Assembly (NCBI RefSeq): GCF_001194135.2
Contig: NC_069000.1
Coordinates: 25,742,211 to 25,792,055, forward strand
From: Octopus bimaculoides
Taxonomy: Eukaryota
DNA: 49,845 nt
Direction of reading: 5' to 3'
Shown: piece after piece, positions 34,268 to 46,824 of the stretch
Position numbering within the stretch: position 1 is the stretch's first letter
Layout of the letters: every line of letters starts with the position of its first letter
The notes under the pieces: generated by a model
Told to the model about the DNA's origin: nothing
The model's database searches: none
Seen by the model: the letters and a program-made list of their open reading frames with translations, nothing else
Program-made: the position numbers and the translations under genes

Positions 34268-37200
34268 AAGAAATCTTCAAATAACAGTGGAAAAGTTGGT
34301 CCGACGAGAAAAATGTACGACTACTTTTAAGAAAGTTATCCCCTGTTGAAAATTATAGTAGTTATTATACTGCCGAAGAAGCCAGGTGAGATTTGTTTCG
34401 ATGAAACAATATTTTATCGAAAATTTTTAGTGAAAAAAGTTCCCTGTTCAATACTCGCTGGAAATGTTTAAATTTAATAAAAAAAGAAAATGATGAAGAT
34501 TTCGTCACCTATGCCGGAGTGGTTAGCAGAGAGTGTGAGAAATTCAACTTGAATGAGTTAAAAAATATGAAGACCGAATCCATATTATGAGTGCGGTGAT
34601 CTATATTTTAGAATAACTGTTCATTTAAAAATATAAAACTCTACAAGTGTGGTAAAATAGGCCATAAAATGTCGCATTGTAGGACAGAACGGTTCAACAG
34701 AAAAATCACGTGAACAGATTATTGGTGACAATACGAACAAGCCTCAAAATTACTAACGAGCCTCAAACAAACTTTGTGTTTGTAAAAATTAGTAACACAA
34801 ACGAAAAGTTACAATTGGCTACAGGCAGTGACATCTCAATAATTAACACAGATACATGGAAAAATTCGGGAGAGCTAAATTAAACGAAACCTCGAAAATT
34901 GCCCGTGGTGTGTCAGGAAAAAAAATTATATTTTAAGGGCGAATTGATAAGTAACATTACATTTTGTAAAAAAAACTCTTAAAGGCTAAAGTTTTTGTGT
35001 TAAATAATACAACAAATTTGTTAGGTACTGACTGGATGAAATAGTTTAATTTATGGGACCTCCCCATAAATCTTTTTGGTAAAGATATAAATGGTTTTTT
35101 CCTCCAGTACAAATAAATCGTCAGACGACTTGAAAAAAAAATGTTTTAATATTTTTCCTGAAGTTCTGTCCAATAAATTAGGTCTCTGTGTGGCAAAACG
35201 AAGGCACAGTTTCAAATACGAGAAAACGTTATACCGACATGTAAACAAAAACGAACGGTACCGTTCGTAGCGTCAGAACAGATGAGTTAAAAATTGGAGT
35301 TATCCAAAAAGTGGAATATAGTCAATGGTCAGCACCAACTGTGTACATTAAGAAAACGAATAATGAAATCAGAATGTGTGCTGATTTTTCCACTGGTTTA
35401 AATGAATGTCTTTAAACGTGTCCCTATTCGCTACCTACTCCGGAGGATATTTTTGCAAAATTAAACAATGGTAAGATATTTTGTGCATTGGATCTCTCTG
35501 ACGCGTACTTACAAATTTGACTACACGATGAATGCTCTAAATATCTAACAATTACCACACGTAAAGGACTGTATAAATGCAACAGGTTACTATTTGGTTT
35601 AAAAGTCGTACCAGCAATTTTTCAACAGATTATGGATGCAGTGTTAGCGGACCGTGAATTCGCAGTTCCATTTCTGGATGAAATACTCATTAAAAGCGAA
35701 TAAACACGCAGAGCAAATAAAATATGTATTCGAAAAAATTTGGGATTACGGTTTTATCTTGAGTGAAGAAAAGTGTGAATTTTTTTAACGAAAATAAGAT
35801 ATTTAGGACCAATCATTGACAGAAATGGACGTCGACCAGATTCGTCGAGGGCACGCGCAACTAAAAATATTCCACCTCCGACTAATATAGCGATCTTACA
35901 AGCATTTGTAGGATTGGCAAGTTATTACCAAAAATATATTCCAAACATGAATAAGGTGAGGGTTCTATTTAATAATCTGCTGAAAAAAGATGTGAAATGG
36001 AATTGGATTGAATACTCTCAAAAAGCGTTTGACGAATGAAGATTTGTCGTTCGCACACTTCGATCCTGTAGCGGAGATTGTTGTAGCTTCAGACGTTTCT
36101 GATTACGGTATAGGAGCAGTAATGCTACATAAATATAAAGAGGGTAACATGAATGTGGTGGTTCATGCCTCACGTTTTCTGATAGCAGCAGAGAAAATTT
36201 ATAGTCAAATCCAAAAAGAAACTCTAGCGATCATTCTGCCGTGAAAAAATTTCAGATTTTTGTACGGTAGAAGTTTTTGTCTACAAACAGATCACCGTCC
36301 ATTATTATCGATATTTGGGTCGAGAAAAGGAATTTCTACCCATATTGCTAATAAATTTACAACGCTTGGCTATGGTATTATCAAACAATGATTTCAAGAT
36401 GGAATATTTACCATCCAAGTAATTAGGTCACCGGGATTATCTCTCAAGACTGATTTCGAAAAATGCGGAACCAATTGAAGATACCGTGACTGCCGCTTTG
36501 CGAGCGGAAAATGAGATTAAAATTGTTTTGAGTGACGTCATTCGTGAACTGCCAGTTACCTTACAAGACCTAAAATTAAAATCGGAAAACAAGAAAGTGA
36601 CTATAAAAATGAAAGAAATACTGAGGGCTAAAAGAGATTAAAATATGCGCAATACAAATGCGAATAATTTCTTACTGTTAGGCAATGTGTTGATGTATGT
36701 ACAAAGAGTTGTAGTGCCAGCCGCATTGCAAAAGCGATTATTAAAGGAATTTCACATGTATCACCAAGAGATTTCGAGAATGAAATCATTAATGAGAAGT
36801 TACGTTTATTGGTCAACAATGGAACATGACATTGAAGAATCTGTGAAATCATGAAGTTGGTCTTCCTTAGCTGCAAAATCACCTACCACTAAATGGTAAG
36901 AGTGGCCAAAAACATGTTCTATGGGTCAGAATGCATGTCGATTATACAAGTCCACTGAAGGGTTCATATTAACCTGTGGTGGATACTTTTCAAAGTGGCC
37001 GGAAGTGCATAAATGTAAAAAGCCGACATTTACACGGATTGTTTGCCAGGAATGGTATTCCGGATACTATTGTGTCGTATAATGGAACTCAATTTACCCC
37101 AGACGAGTTCATAAAATTTTGCAAAATGTTCGTTATCGAACATGTGACCACTCCGTCCTATCAGCTGAGATCAAATGGACAAGTAGAGCGTTTTGTTGAT

Positions 37201-37772
37201 ACTTTCAACAAGGCGTTGAAAAAGGTGAACAAGGAAGTTATGGACGATTTTCCACTTCAACATTTCCTAAGAATGTACCGAGTAATACCTAATCCGAACA
37301 CACCGTCGAGAATGTCACGCGCAGAACTGATGTTTGCTAGAAAGGTCAGATCTGTTTTTGATAAGCTGATACCTAGGGAAAATAAAAAAGGCGAACAACA
37401 AAAATACTTCATAATTCTTCAAGTTAGGTGCCAATGTTTTTTTTTTAAACCTATAGATAAGGTAATGTAAGCTGGGAGGACGGTGTAATAATTAAACGAA
37501 TTGGAAGAATGATATTCCTGGTAAACGGAAAATGTTGAATACAAAAGACATATTAACCAGCTTAAGAAAAGATTCAGGGAAAAAATAGTCACGAGAAATG
37601 AAATCCCTATGGAAGTATTGTACGACACGTTTGAGGTATCAACACCCAAACAATTTGAAACTATACGTTCTAGGACCAGAAAACGGAAAAGAACAGAAAC
37701 ATTGAAAATGAACCCTAAACCTAAGAGATATTAAAACTCGGAGCAGAGTTCAATTCTCAAAAGAGAAGAAGA

Positions 37773-38005
37773 TAGGGGAGACTGATTCTAAAAATGTGAG
37801 ATTTTATGGAAGGATTCCGCCCCCATGTGACTAACAGGTGGACTGACTCGTTGTTATCAAACAAAGAACTGTCAGCGATTGGCAGTTCGTGTTGGTAGCA
37901 GTTCACTTTATGCCTTTGATATAGAGCGGTAAGTCTCATGTAATAGTAATAGTAGTGTCGTGTATATACCTTCTCCACACCCTACTTCGTTATATTATAT
38001 ATCCA

Positions 38006-38009
<4 letters not shown>
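37773..38009 (+). repeat. 3' LTR (end lost in a TA microsatellite)
   Basis: Follows the PPT and aligns with the 5' LTR segment. Confidence 0.75.
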
Positions 38010-38036
<27 letters not shown>

Positions 38037-38139
38037 GAGATGGATAGATAACACTCGGCGTTTTGAGAGAGTATTCTCCACCAAGCCAAAAAACAGCCTA
38101 CCGGCAAATACACATGTGGTTAGCTACCATAGGAAGGTT

Positions 38140-38900
38140 CAATATTATCGTTAAAGGCGTGAAATTGCGTTTCAAACTCCGGCTGATAACTGTTGAGAAG
38201 TCAGTGACTTTCTCGGTTTTCCGTTTAGTTATGCATTTATGTTTTAACTTTATTTCGGACGCTACGTGCCCTTGGATTTATTTAGATTAAGTGATTTGGT
38301 ATATTCGTATCACTTCTCTTCCTTTTTTTCTTTCTTCTTACTTCTCTTTCTCTTCCTATCTCTCTTCCTCCTTCCTCTCTGCTCTCCGTGAGCCTCGCTC
38401 TGCCTTCTACTACTTTCTACCACCTGCTACTGGCACGTAGCCCGTGGTCCTCTTGTTTACTTTTTCTCTTTCTCCTCCCTGTTCACGCTGACCGCTGAAG
38501 CAACTGGTCGTATTTCCAGTGGTTTCCCTCTTCAACTTGTTTCGCTGTCTGTTGTACTTCTGTTTCTAATCCTTGAGGGTTTTCTTCTGAGTGTTATCCA
38601 CACTTTCGTCTCTGTCCGGCGCTAAAGCTATATTGTTTATTTATTTTGTACTTGTCCTTCAGCCGTTCAATAATGGTCCCGTCTTGAATTATATTTATTC
38701 ACGTTCGTATGATCATTTTTGTGTTGCATGTCTATCCATTTATTCTTTGTTCGTCCTTGTTATGTTTTCGGCCCATTACCCAATATCTTCTTTTGTTGCT
38801 GGCACCACCCGAAGAAATCAATATTATCATTAAAGGCGCGAAACTGCGGTTGAGCCTCCGGCCGATAACTGGTGAGAATGATGAGAAGTTAGTGACCTTT
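38140..38900 (+). repeat. Diverged ~70-bp direct repeats (38140-38212 and 38819-38900) around a pyrimidine-rich spacer; possible PLE terminal repeat
   Basis: caatattatc.ttaaaggcg.gaaa.tgcg.tt.a..ctccggc.gataactg..gagaagt.agtgac occurs twice. Confidence 0.55.
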
Positions 38901-38942
38901 TGTGTCCATTTTCTGTTTGGTTTTGCACTTATTATATTCTTT

Positions 38943-39148
38943 TATTCTTTTCTTTCAGTCATTTGACTGCGGCCATGCTGGAGCACCACCTTTAGTCGAA
39001 CAAATCGACCCAAGGACTTATTCTTTGTAAGCTTAGTACTTACTCTATCTCTTTTGCCGGACTGCTAGCTTACGGGGACGTAAACACACCAACATCTGTT
39101 GTCAAGCGATGGTGGGGGAACAAACACAGACACACAAACATGACCACA
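38943..39148 (-). mobile_element. SINE family B, 3' part
   Basis: ttctttcagtcatttgactgcggccatgctggagcacc..ggggacgtaaacacaccaacatc is the reverse complement of the 20620-20815 tail. Confidence 0.85.
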
Positions 39149-39937
39149 NNNNNNNNNNNNNNNNNNNNNNNNNNNNNNNNNNNNNNNNNNNNNNNNNNNN
39201 NNNNNNNNNNNNNNNNNNNNNNNNNNNNNNNNNNNNNNNNNNNNNNNNNNNNNNNNNNNNNNNNNNNNNNNNNNNNNNNNNNNNNNNNNNNNNNNNNNNN
39301 NNNNNNNNNNNNNNNNNNNNNNNNNNNNNNNNNNNNNNNNNNNNNNNNNNNNNNNNNNNNNNNNNNNNNNNNNNNNNNNNNNNNNNNNNNNNNNNNNNNN
39401 NNNNNNNNNNNNNNNNNNNNNNNNNNNNNNNNNNNNNNNNNNNNNNNNNNNNNNNNNNNNNNNNNNNNNNNNNNNNNNNNNNNNNNNNNNTATATATATA
39501 TACATATATTGGGGTTTTGAGCGGTAGTGGTGTCAATTAGACCCAGAGGTGTCAGGTAATGCTGAGTAAGTGCTATGGATAGACAATAGTTAAGCTCCAG
39601 GTTCGGTGATTATGCAAATAAGGTGTCCAACGTAGGTCATATATCAGCGTGTGTATATAAGGATTTACTTTTCGTAATGAGATAAAAAAAAAACAAGGCT
39701 GTGTATATTTTAGAACATTTATAAATAGAACGTCTTACACGTGAGAGTGTAATTGGAGGTACGAAAATAGATGTGAGATATGCAGGGATATTGTATTTGT
39801 AAATCCATTGTCTTGGCAGAATGTTATACATATAAGATTCCAATACCTTATGAATAAAATCCAATAGTCTTTAAATTGGTCATTGCATTTGTAAATCCGT
39901 TATTAATATTCCAATACCCTATGAGTAAAATCCAACA

Positions 39938-39983
39938 GTCAAATGAAGGGATATAATAAATATCCTGGAAACAGCTGTAAGAC
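39938..39983 (+). ncRNA. Degenerate HHR, same family as 12292-12339
   Basis: gtc-aaatgaa-gggatat aataa atatcct-g-gaa-ACAGCTGT-A-AGAC. Stems II and III and the GUA triplet are kept, but the CUGA of the core is destroyed. Confidence 0.6.
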
Positions 39984-41499
39984 CTTCTATTTATATATGT
40001 TCTAAAATATTATTAGCCCTGTTTTTTTTATCTCATTACGAAAAGTAAAATACACACACACACNNNNNNNNNNNNNNNNNNNNNNNNNNNNNNNNNNNNN
40101 NNNNNNNNNNNNNNNNNNNNNNNNNNNNNNNNNNNNNNNNNNNNNNNNNNNNNNNNNNNNNNNNNNNNNNNNNNNNNNNNNNNNNNNNNNNNNNNNNNNN
40201 NNNNNNNNNNNNNNNNNNNNNNNNNNNNNNNNNNNNNNNNNNNNNNNNNNNNNNNNNNNNNNNNNNNNNNNNNNNNNNNGGTTTGCAAGATTTTTTATGT
40301 GATCTCGTGTGTTGAAGCATATTCTGTTGTGTCTGGGGAGAGTCATTTTCTTATTGTGCCTTAAAATTTAACACACTCACCGTTAAAATTTCCACTTATT
40401 TCTTATTTTTATTTTCCTAAAAGTTTCGTTGCGTCTTGCAACCTTTTCAATAGTCTTGACTCTGTCCGTTATTCACGTTGCGTTCTGTCTTTGCTTTTCT
40501 TTTTTTCTTCCTTTTTTGCGCATGCGTGTGTCTCAGTGTGTGTGTATGTATGTATGCGTGTATGTGTGCATGTGTGTGTATGTATGTCTGCGTGTGTGCA
40601 TATGTATATATGTATGTATGTGTGTGTATGTTTATATTCATGTATGTGTGTGTTTGCATGTATGTATGTATGCATTCTGCATTTATGTGTGTTAGTGTTA
40701 TTAGTGGGGCGATAAATTTGACAATGAATTTTCTTTGTTAAATGTAAAAATTGATATGAAAAACTATATAAAAACTGAATAGACAGGTCACCAGTAGACA
40801 TTAACAAAACTGAAAACAACATACACAGCAACTGCAGTGACAGTAACAGTAAGTAATGACAGCATTTATACACCGTTGTTTGGCATACTAGAAACAGTAG
40901 CAAAATCTCCCTCACATGCCAATCTGTTTTCGTAAAAATGTACACATAGAAAAATGTAGTCCTACATATTCCAATAAGACGGGATGGTCATAATTCGAAT
41001 GTGATTGATTTGGTGAATATTGACGTAAGGATAAATAACAAGAACACGAACGTGAACAAGAACAACAACAACAATAACAACATTTACAATATCAACTTGA
41101 ACAACAATAGTAATAGTGTTCCATTCTTTAGCTGACAACTTTTGTAAAATTTGATTGATCATGTGATCATATGATTTTGAGTGATCATGTGTTATAAAAA
41201 GCCAGTTTTTGTTATCAAAATTTCCTTTTTGTTTTACTATCGCCAAACATTGACTAAGTAACAAATATATCATACTGTGACAATCGTTCACATCTTTGTG
41301 CTCTCATAAATAAATTTAACATAAATACATTTAACATAATGCATGTGAGAACATGGTGAGCTGTCTAAAGGAGAAGATGATCTTGACACAAAGAGCCTGT
41401 AACCTGCTTTCGAATTCCAATAGAAATCTGTACACCTAGCATGTTTATTTAGTCTTGGTAGATTGACAGTATCGTTACAACGCCAGACGATATACCTTG

Positions 41500-41680
41500 C
41501 GATGTTTCTTCCAACTCTTTACGTTCTGAGTTTAAATACTATCCATGTCAACTTCGCCTTTTATTCACCTCGGGCCGATATAAACAACTATATCAGTTAA
41601 GTACTGAGGTCAATGGTAGCTGGCAACCCTCTCCTCTTACAATTGCTGACTTTGTACCTCAACTGGAGATAATTATGATG
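41500..41680 (+). mobile_element. Highly diverged SINE family A copy
   Basis: tttacgttctgagtttaaat..gtcaacttcgccttttattc..tcgggccgata. Confidence 0.55.
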
Positions 41681-41940
41681 AGTGTGAGATGGGTAAAATT
41701 GGTTGCTAATGCATAAAAGGAGAAAAATAGAAAGGGTGAAACTAAACAAAGAGAAGAAATGAAAGAAAATAAAGAGAAATCAATACATCCTGCAATCCAG
41801 TATATATAGCGACAGCTGCAATTCTTCAATCACTGGTTTACTATATCAGTAGTGGCTGACTTTGTCTTAGCATGCACTTGCTAGTAGATACTTTCTACTG
41901 ACGAAGCTCGAGAATCAGAAATACGTAGTTTTCAAGACCA

Positions 41941-41973
<33 letters not shown>

Positions 41974-41976
<3 letters not shown>

Positions 41977-42338
41977 GGTGAGTCAAAAGTCATAATACAT
42001 AGAAACAATTTATCTTTTTATAAGAAACAGTGTATAAGAACAGTTTTTCTATTTAACAGGCTCTATATTGTTACCATTGTTTTGAATACACATTGCAATA
42101 CGTTTACCCCACTCGTTGTGAACTTGTAATTGCACATCTAGTGATACGTGTGGATATGAGTTGGTGATGCATTCCTTCAAATGATTTATGTCTTTTATCT
42201 TTCCGCGATACACCATGCCTTTCAAATTCTTCTAAAGATAGAAATCAAGAGGGTCAGATCAAGGGATCTAGGGGAACGTATAAATTTACTTATAAAACAT
42301 TAAATTTTCCTATGTACGGATACTTTTGAATTACTCTG
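41974..42338 (-). mobile_element. Non-autonomous Tc1/mariner-superfamily element (maT/rosa-like transposase C-terminus)
   Basis: TA|cagggtgagtcaaaagt ... acttttgaattactctg|TA. Minus-strand relic PRSLDLT..IKDINHLKECITN..CIQNNGNNIE resembles the 'WPPRSPDLTPLD' class. Confidence 0.75.
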
Positions 42339-43085
42339 TATATAAGACAAAAATGGTATTAAAAAATCCTGGCAGATTTCAAGTAAGCACTCAGTATAAA
42401 ACAATAAGGTTAAATTTCCAGCAAGTAGATATCAGTAAATGTATGTAGAATACAAATCCCAGGTAAATCCTCGTGTATGTCAGGTACATCCAATATCCTT
42501 ATGCTGAGCTTTAAGAAATTCAGTGTATTAACAACAATCAATAATATGTACGAAGAAAATCATATCTTTATTTTAGATGACACCTTAATAATCCAACAAT
42601 TGTTTCACTTGGATTAACAAACACACACAGACACAGACACACACAAATACATACATACATACACACACACATATATATATATATATANNNNNNNNNNNNN
42701 NNNNNNNNNNNNNNNNNNNNNNNNNNNNNNNNNNNNNNNNNNNNNNNNNNNNNNNNNNNNNNNNNNNNNNNNNNNNNNNNNNNNNNNNNNNNNNNNNNNN
42801 NNNNNNNNNNNNNNNNNNNNNNNNNNNNNNNNNNNNNNNNNNNNNNNNNNNNNNNNNNNNNNNNNNNNNNNNNNNNNNNNNNNNNNNNNNNNNNNNNNNN
42901 AGAGAGAGAATAATAATAAAAAAGAAAACCTTTTGTTGCAGAGCACCTAAATTGTGATTAATATGAGCGAAACATAACAAAAAGCCAAGTCGATGACAGA
43001 TTATCGTAGGTAATTTAAAATTTCATCGAGATGTTAGATTTCAAGCGATCGAATATTACGATCCAAAGAAAAGCAGTATTACAAA

Positions 43086-43169
43086 ACCTTACGATCGTTT
43101 CGAGGAATGCGTTTGTATTGGGTGAGTTTTCCAGCCAATACAAATAGTCACATTTCTCTCATCAGAAAT
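43086..43169 (-). ncRNA. Type I hammerhead ribozyme with intact core and extended stem II
   Basis: attt-CTGATGA-GAGAAATGTG acta TTTGTATTGG ctggaaaactcac CCAATACAAA CGCATTCCTC-GAA-ACGATCGT-A-aggt. Palindromic stem III, GUA triplet, stem I weakened to two U-G pairs. Confidence 0.8.
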
Positions 43170-43299
43170 ACAAATAAATCGATTAAAATATTTTAAAAAT
43201 TGGGAAAGCATAGAATATCTCTTACTTACTGATCTTGAAGTCATATGGATAAAATTATATTTTTTTAGAATCCCGTCTTATGAACATCGACTTTCCTTA

Positions 43300-45586
43300 A
43301 TGAAATAATAATGGTGGAGCAAAAGAACATTGGTGGAAACGACGCATTGAAAGGGACATAATGCGGGCAAGATAAGATCTAGGAAAAATTGAGCAACGGT
43401 TAAGAAGAAACTGGAAAAATGGGACGGAGTCCGACCGAGAAAAATTAGAGAAGAAATATAAAATACGAAAGAAAGGGTTTGATGCAGTAATAGAGCGGTT
43501 AAAACAGAGGATCATGGCAAAAAGCCAGATCAGAAAATATTTGCGAATAGAAATACGCAGTTAGAGGAGAAGAGATTGTTAAAAATATACTGAAGCAAGT
43601 GGATGGTGACTGGGAGGACAACACTTATAACGAAAGATAGGAGAAAGGGGAATATTGTGGGAAACTACCGTCTCATAGCATGCGTAAACATAATCTGGAA
43701 GATCCTACTGGAATATGTGAGGTGAAGCCACTTTCCTGACAAAGGAATAAATACTACCAAGGGAACAAAAAGGATGTAGGAAGAGTTCTCAGGGTACCAA
43801 GGATCACCTGGTCATCGATGAAACAGTTTTGAGGCATTGTAAAAAAACATCATACAAACATGTCTATGGCTTGGATTGACATTAAGAAGGCATATGATAT
43901 GGTGCCTCATTCTTGCAGATGTTTGGTGTTGTTGACAACATCAAATTTTCTGATGCATAGCATGAAAGAGTGGAAAACCAAATTGTGCTCAAGTAATGTA
44001 TTCCTTGGAGAAGTTGATATTAAAAGGAGAACCTTCCAAGGTGACACGTTTTCTCCGTTACTATTTGTAATTTCACTAACACCCATAACAATGACNNNNN
44101 NNNNNCAAAAAGGATGTAGGAAGAGTTCTCAGGGTACCAAGGATCACCTGGTCATCGATGAAACAGTTTTGAGGCATTGTAAAAAAACATCATACAAACA
44201 TGTCTATGGCTTGGATTGACATTAAGAAGGCATATGATATGGTGCCTCATTCTTGCAGATGTTTGGTGTTGTTGACAACATCAAATTTTCTGATGCATAG
44301 CATGAAAGAGTGGAAAACCAAATTGTGCTCAAGTAATGTATTCCTTGGAGAAGTTGATATTAAAAGGAGAACCTTCCAAGGTGACACGTTTTCTCCGTTA
44401 CTATTTGTAATTTCACTAACACCCATAACAATGACACTTAGGAAAGTTAAGAAGGGTTACCGATGTGGGGAAAAAAAGCCCATCACTGAGCCATCTTCTG
44501 TTTATGGATGACCTGAAACTGTTTAGGAAATCTGAAAAACAAATAGATTCCTTAACCAAAACAGTCCAGAAGTGTGGTAAGGACACCGGTATGGAATTTG
44601 GGATTGCGGTTACCATCAGGAGAGGCCATGTGTGAACCCGAAGGTAGTGGGTATAGATATTTATGAATTTTGGAGCGGGATGACATTCTACACAGAGAAA
44701 GTCAAGGTTAGTGAGGAGTATCAAAAAAGGGTTAAGTTGGTGTTGAAATCCAACCTGAATTCCAAAAATTTGATTACTGCAATGAATATCTGGGCTGGTG
44801 CGGTGGTCTGATATAGTACGTCCATCTTCAAATGGACTAAGGAAGAAATATCAACACTGGATAGAAGGACGAAAAGTATATGGGTGTAAATGCAGATGAA
44901 ATGATAGGCAAGGAAAAGTTTAACCAAAGAGCTGAGGAGAAGAAAAAATGACCTTGAAATGAGAATGCACGGACAGTTTGAAAGAAATACACTGGACGTT
45001 AAGGATAATACAGCATTGTGGGCATGGCTTGAGTGAGGTGATTAGAAGCGTACCACCGAAAGTCTGATCATTGCTGCACAAGACCAGACTCTTGCTACAA
45101 ATTCAGTGAAGTATAGCATCTATAAAACTTCCGACACCCAGAAATGCAGACTCTGTGGAAAGAGTGTAGAAAATGTGACCCATATGGTAAGTGGATGTGA
45201 GAGCCTAGCACAAAAAGAATACAAGCGTCGCCACGATAGAATGTGTGTGTGTATCTATTGGCTCTTATGCCGTAAATACCAATACGAAGTAACAGAAAAC
45301 TGGTATGAGCAATGTACCAAGTAAAGTTATGCAGGAGAATGGAAAAGTAACGATACTCTGGGACGATGATTTTCAGACGGATCGATTAATCGAACACCGT
45401 CGGCCGGATATTGTCATATTGAATAAGAGAGACAAATACTGTCATTGATGTAGCCATACAAAATGACATGATCGTTGTGAGTAAAGATGTTGAAAAATCA
45501 CCAAGTACTCCGAATTGAAAGTGGAAATGGCAAGACTGTATGGAATGCGAGAGGGTAATGTAAAAGTGATACTAGTGGAGATCGGA

Positions 45587-45590
<4 letters not shown>
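43300..45590 (+). mobile_element. R4/Dong-type RLE non-LTR retrotransposon, decayed
   Basis: [68 protein letters not shown] knuckle CRLCGKSVENVTHMVSGC, RRHD, and RPDIV..IDVAI (PD-(D/E)xK nuclease). Confidence 0.92.
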
Positions 45591-45645
<55 letters not shown>

Positions 45646-46399
45646 TAGATAGATATAGGACAAGGAATTGTTAATTAATTAATAAATTAATAATTAACAA
45701 TTTTGCCAAGTAGTTCAGTATGGAAAAATCCTTTATCGGTAAAACATTTATAATTATAAACATATAGGGATCAGCAGAAGTTGCTTCACCAACATACTGA
45801 AAATTTAGAAATAGCAGTTAAAACTACTAATTCTAACTACAATTAAGTCTCCAACGGATAGCGACAAAACAGCCGAATGTCACTGTCAATGACATATAGA
45901 ATTTGAGTGTCTTTCCAGGCATTTAATAAGCCTGCTAGCTGTTTACGACAACAGTGCCTGAAAAGAAGCTCAAAGCAAAGTTGTCCTCGGTGCGATTTGA
46001 ACTCATACTGTAAACAGCAGAAAGAAACACTGCAAGAACTTCCAGTGACATCCTTCCGCTGCTCCCGTCGCTATTCTTTCATGGTGATAGGATTTTTTAA
46101 GGGTGGAGGGGTACACTCACACCATCAAAACACGATGGTGCTATTTGCTGATAGTATTTTACTGAACTAACTGCACATGGTTTTGTTTATAGTGACCATT
46201 GCTTATGCCGGATAATGCACACTCTCTACACCAAAAAATCATTTACCTGTGGCGGTGCGCAATGTGCCACGTGTCAGATGCTAAATCGATCGCAGATTTG
46301 TGATGGGAGTGACTTTTTCCTAGTCTAGTTGCTCAAAAGCTACAGAGACCCTCGTTTGTGTGTGTGTCAGTGTGTATAGTATATATATGTGTGTGTGTG

Positions 46400-46620
46400 T
46401 TGTGTGTGGTCGTGCGTGTGTCTTTGTTTCTGTGTTTGTCCACCCACCATCCTTTGACAACCAATGTTGTTGTGCTTGTGTCTCTGTAACTTAGCGGTTC
46501 AGCAAAATTAAACTAATGGAATAAATACTAGATTTATAAGGAATAAATCCTGGTGTCGTTTTCTTTGACTAAGCATGGCCGCAGTGAAACGGGTGAAACA
46601 AGAAAATCCGTGAAAAGAAT
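46400..46620 (+). mobile_element. SINE family B, 3' part (diverged)
   Basis: gtgtttgtccacccacc..ctgtaacttagcggttc..agcatggccgcagtgaaacgggtgaaacaag. Confidence 0.7.
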
Positions 46621-46824
46621 AAAAAACATATTCGTATGCATAAATATGTATGTATGCAAAAGAAACCGGAATTTTGATTTACGGTTCCATATTCCATTTG
46701 AAACAATGCTTCTGTCTAAGTGCGTTTTCCACTTTTCTAAGCAGTGCTGAAACTCTTGCGACGTGATGCCTTTTAACGTAATGCCCTTAACAACGCCGGT
46801 CGGCAGACTGGGGGCGGAAGCCTG

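Larger units (their letters stand above)
33455..38009 (+). mobile_element. Ty3/Gypsy LTR retrotransposon, degenerate provirus
   Basis: LTR segments 33458-33610 and 37859-38008. PBS-like tggcgac at 33626 and PPT aaaagagaagaaga at ~37759-37772. gag CCHC YKCGKIGHKMSHC, protease LATGSDISII, RT (WSAP, LDLSDAYLQI, FLDEILI), RNase H (SDVSDYGIGAV, TDHRPL) and integrase (GIPDTIVSYNGTQF, SNGQVERF) occur in PR-RT-RH-IN order. Confidence 0.92.

Noticed and set aside
39790-39936. Short diverged direct repeats upstream of the decayed HHR, and other tandem repeats considered as a CRISPR-like array
   Set aside because: Only two irregular units, no repeat-spacer periodicity and no cas genes; this is a local tandem duplication in a eukaryotic repeat.
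43766-44435. Exact 330-bp tandem duplication within the R4-type RT
   Set aside because: The two copies appear identical and are separated only by a 10-N gap, typical of unmerged overlapping contig ends.
45655-45875. AT-rich repeat that may be a deleted PLE terminal repeat
   Set aside because: No HHR or coding motif remains in this copy, so the assignment cannot be supported from the sequence alone.
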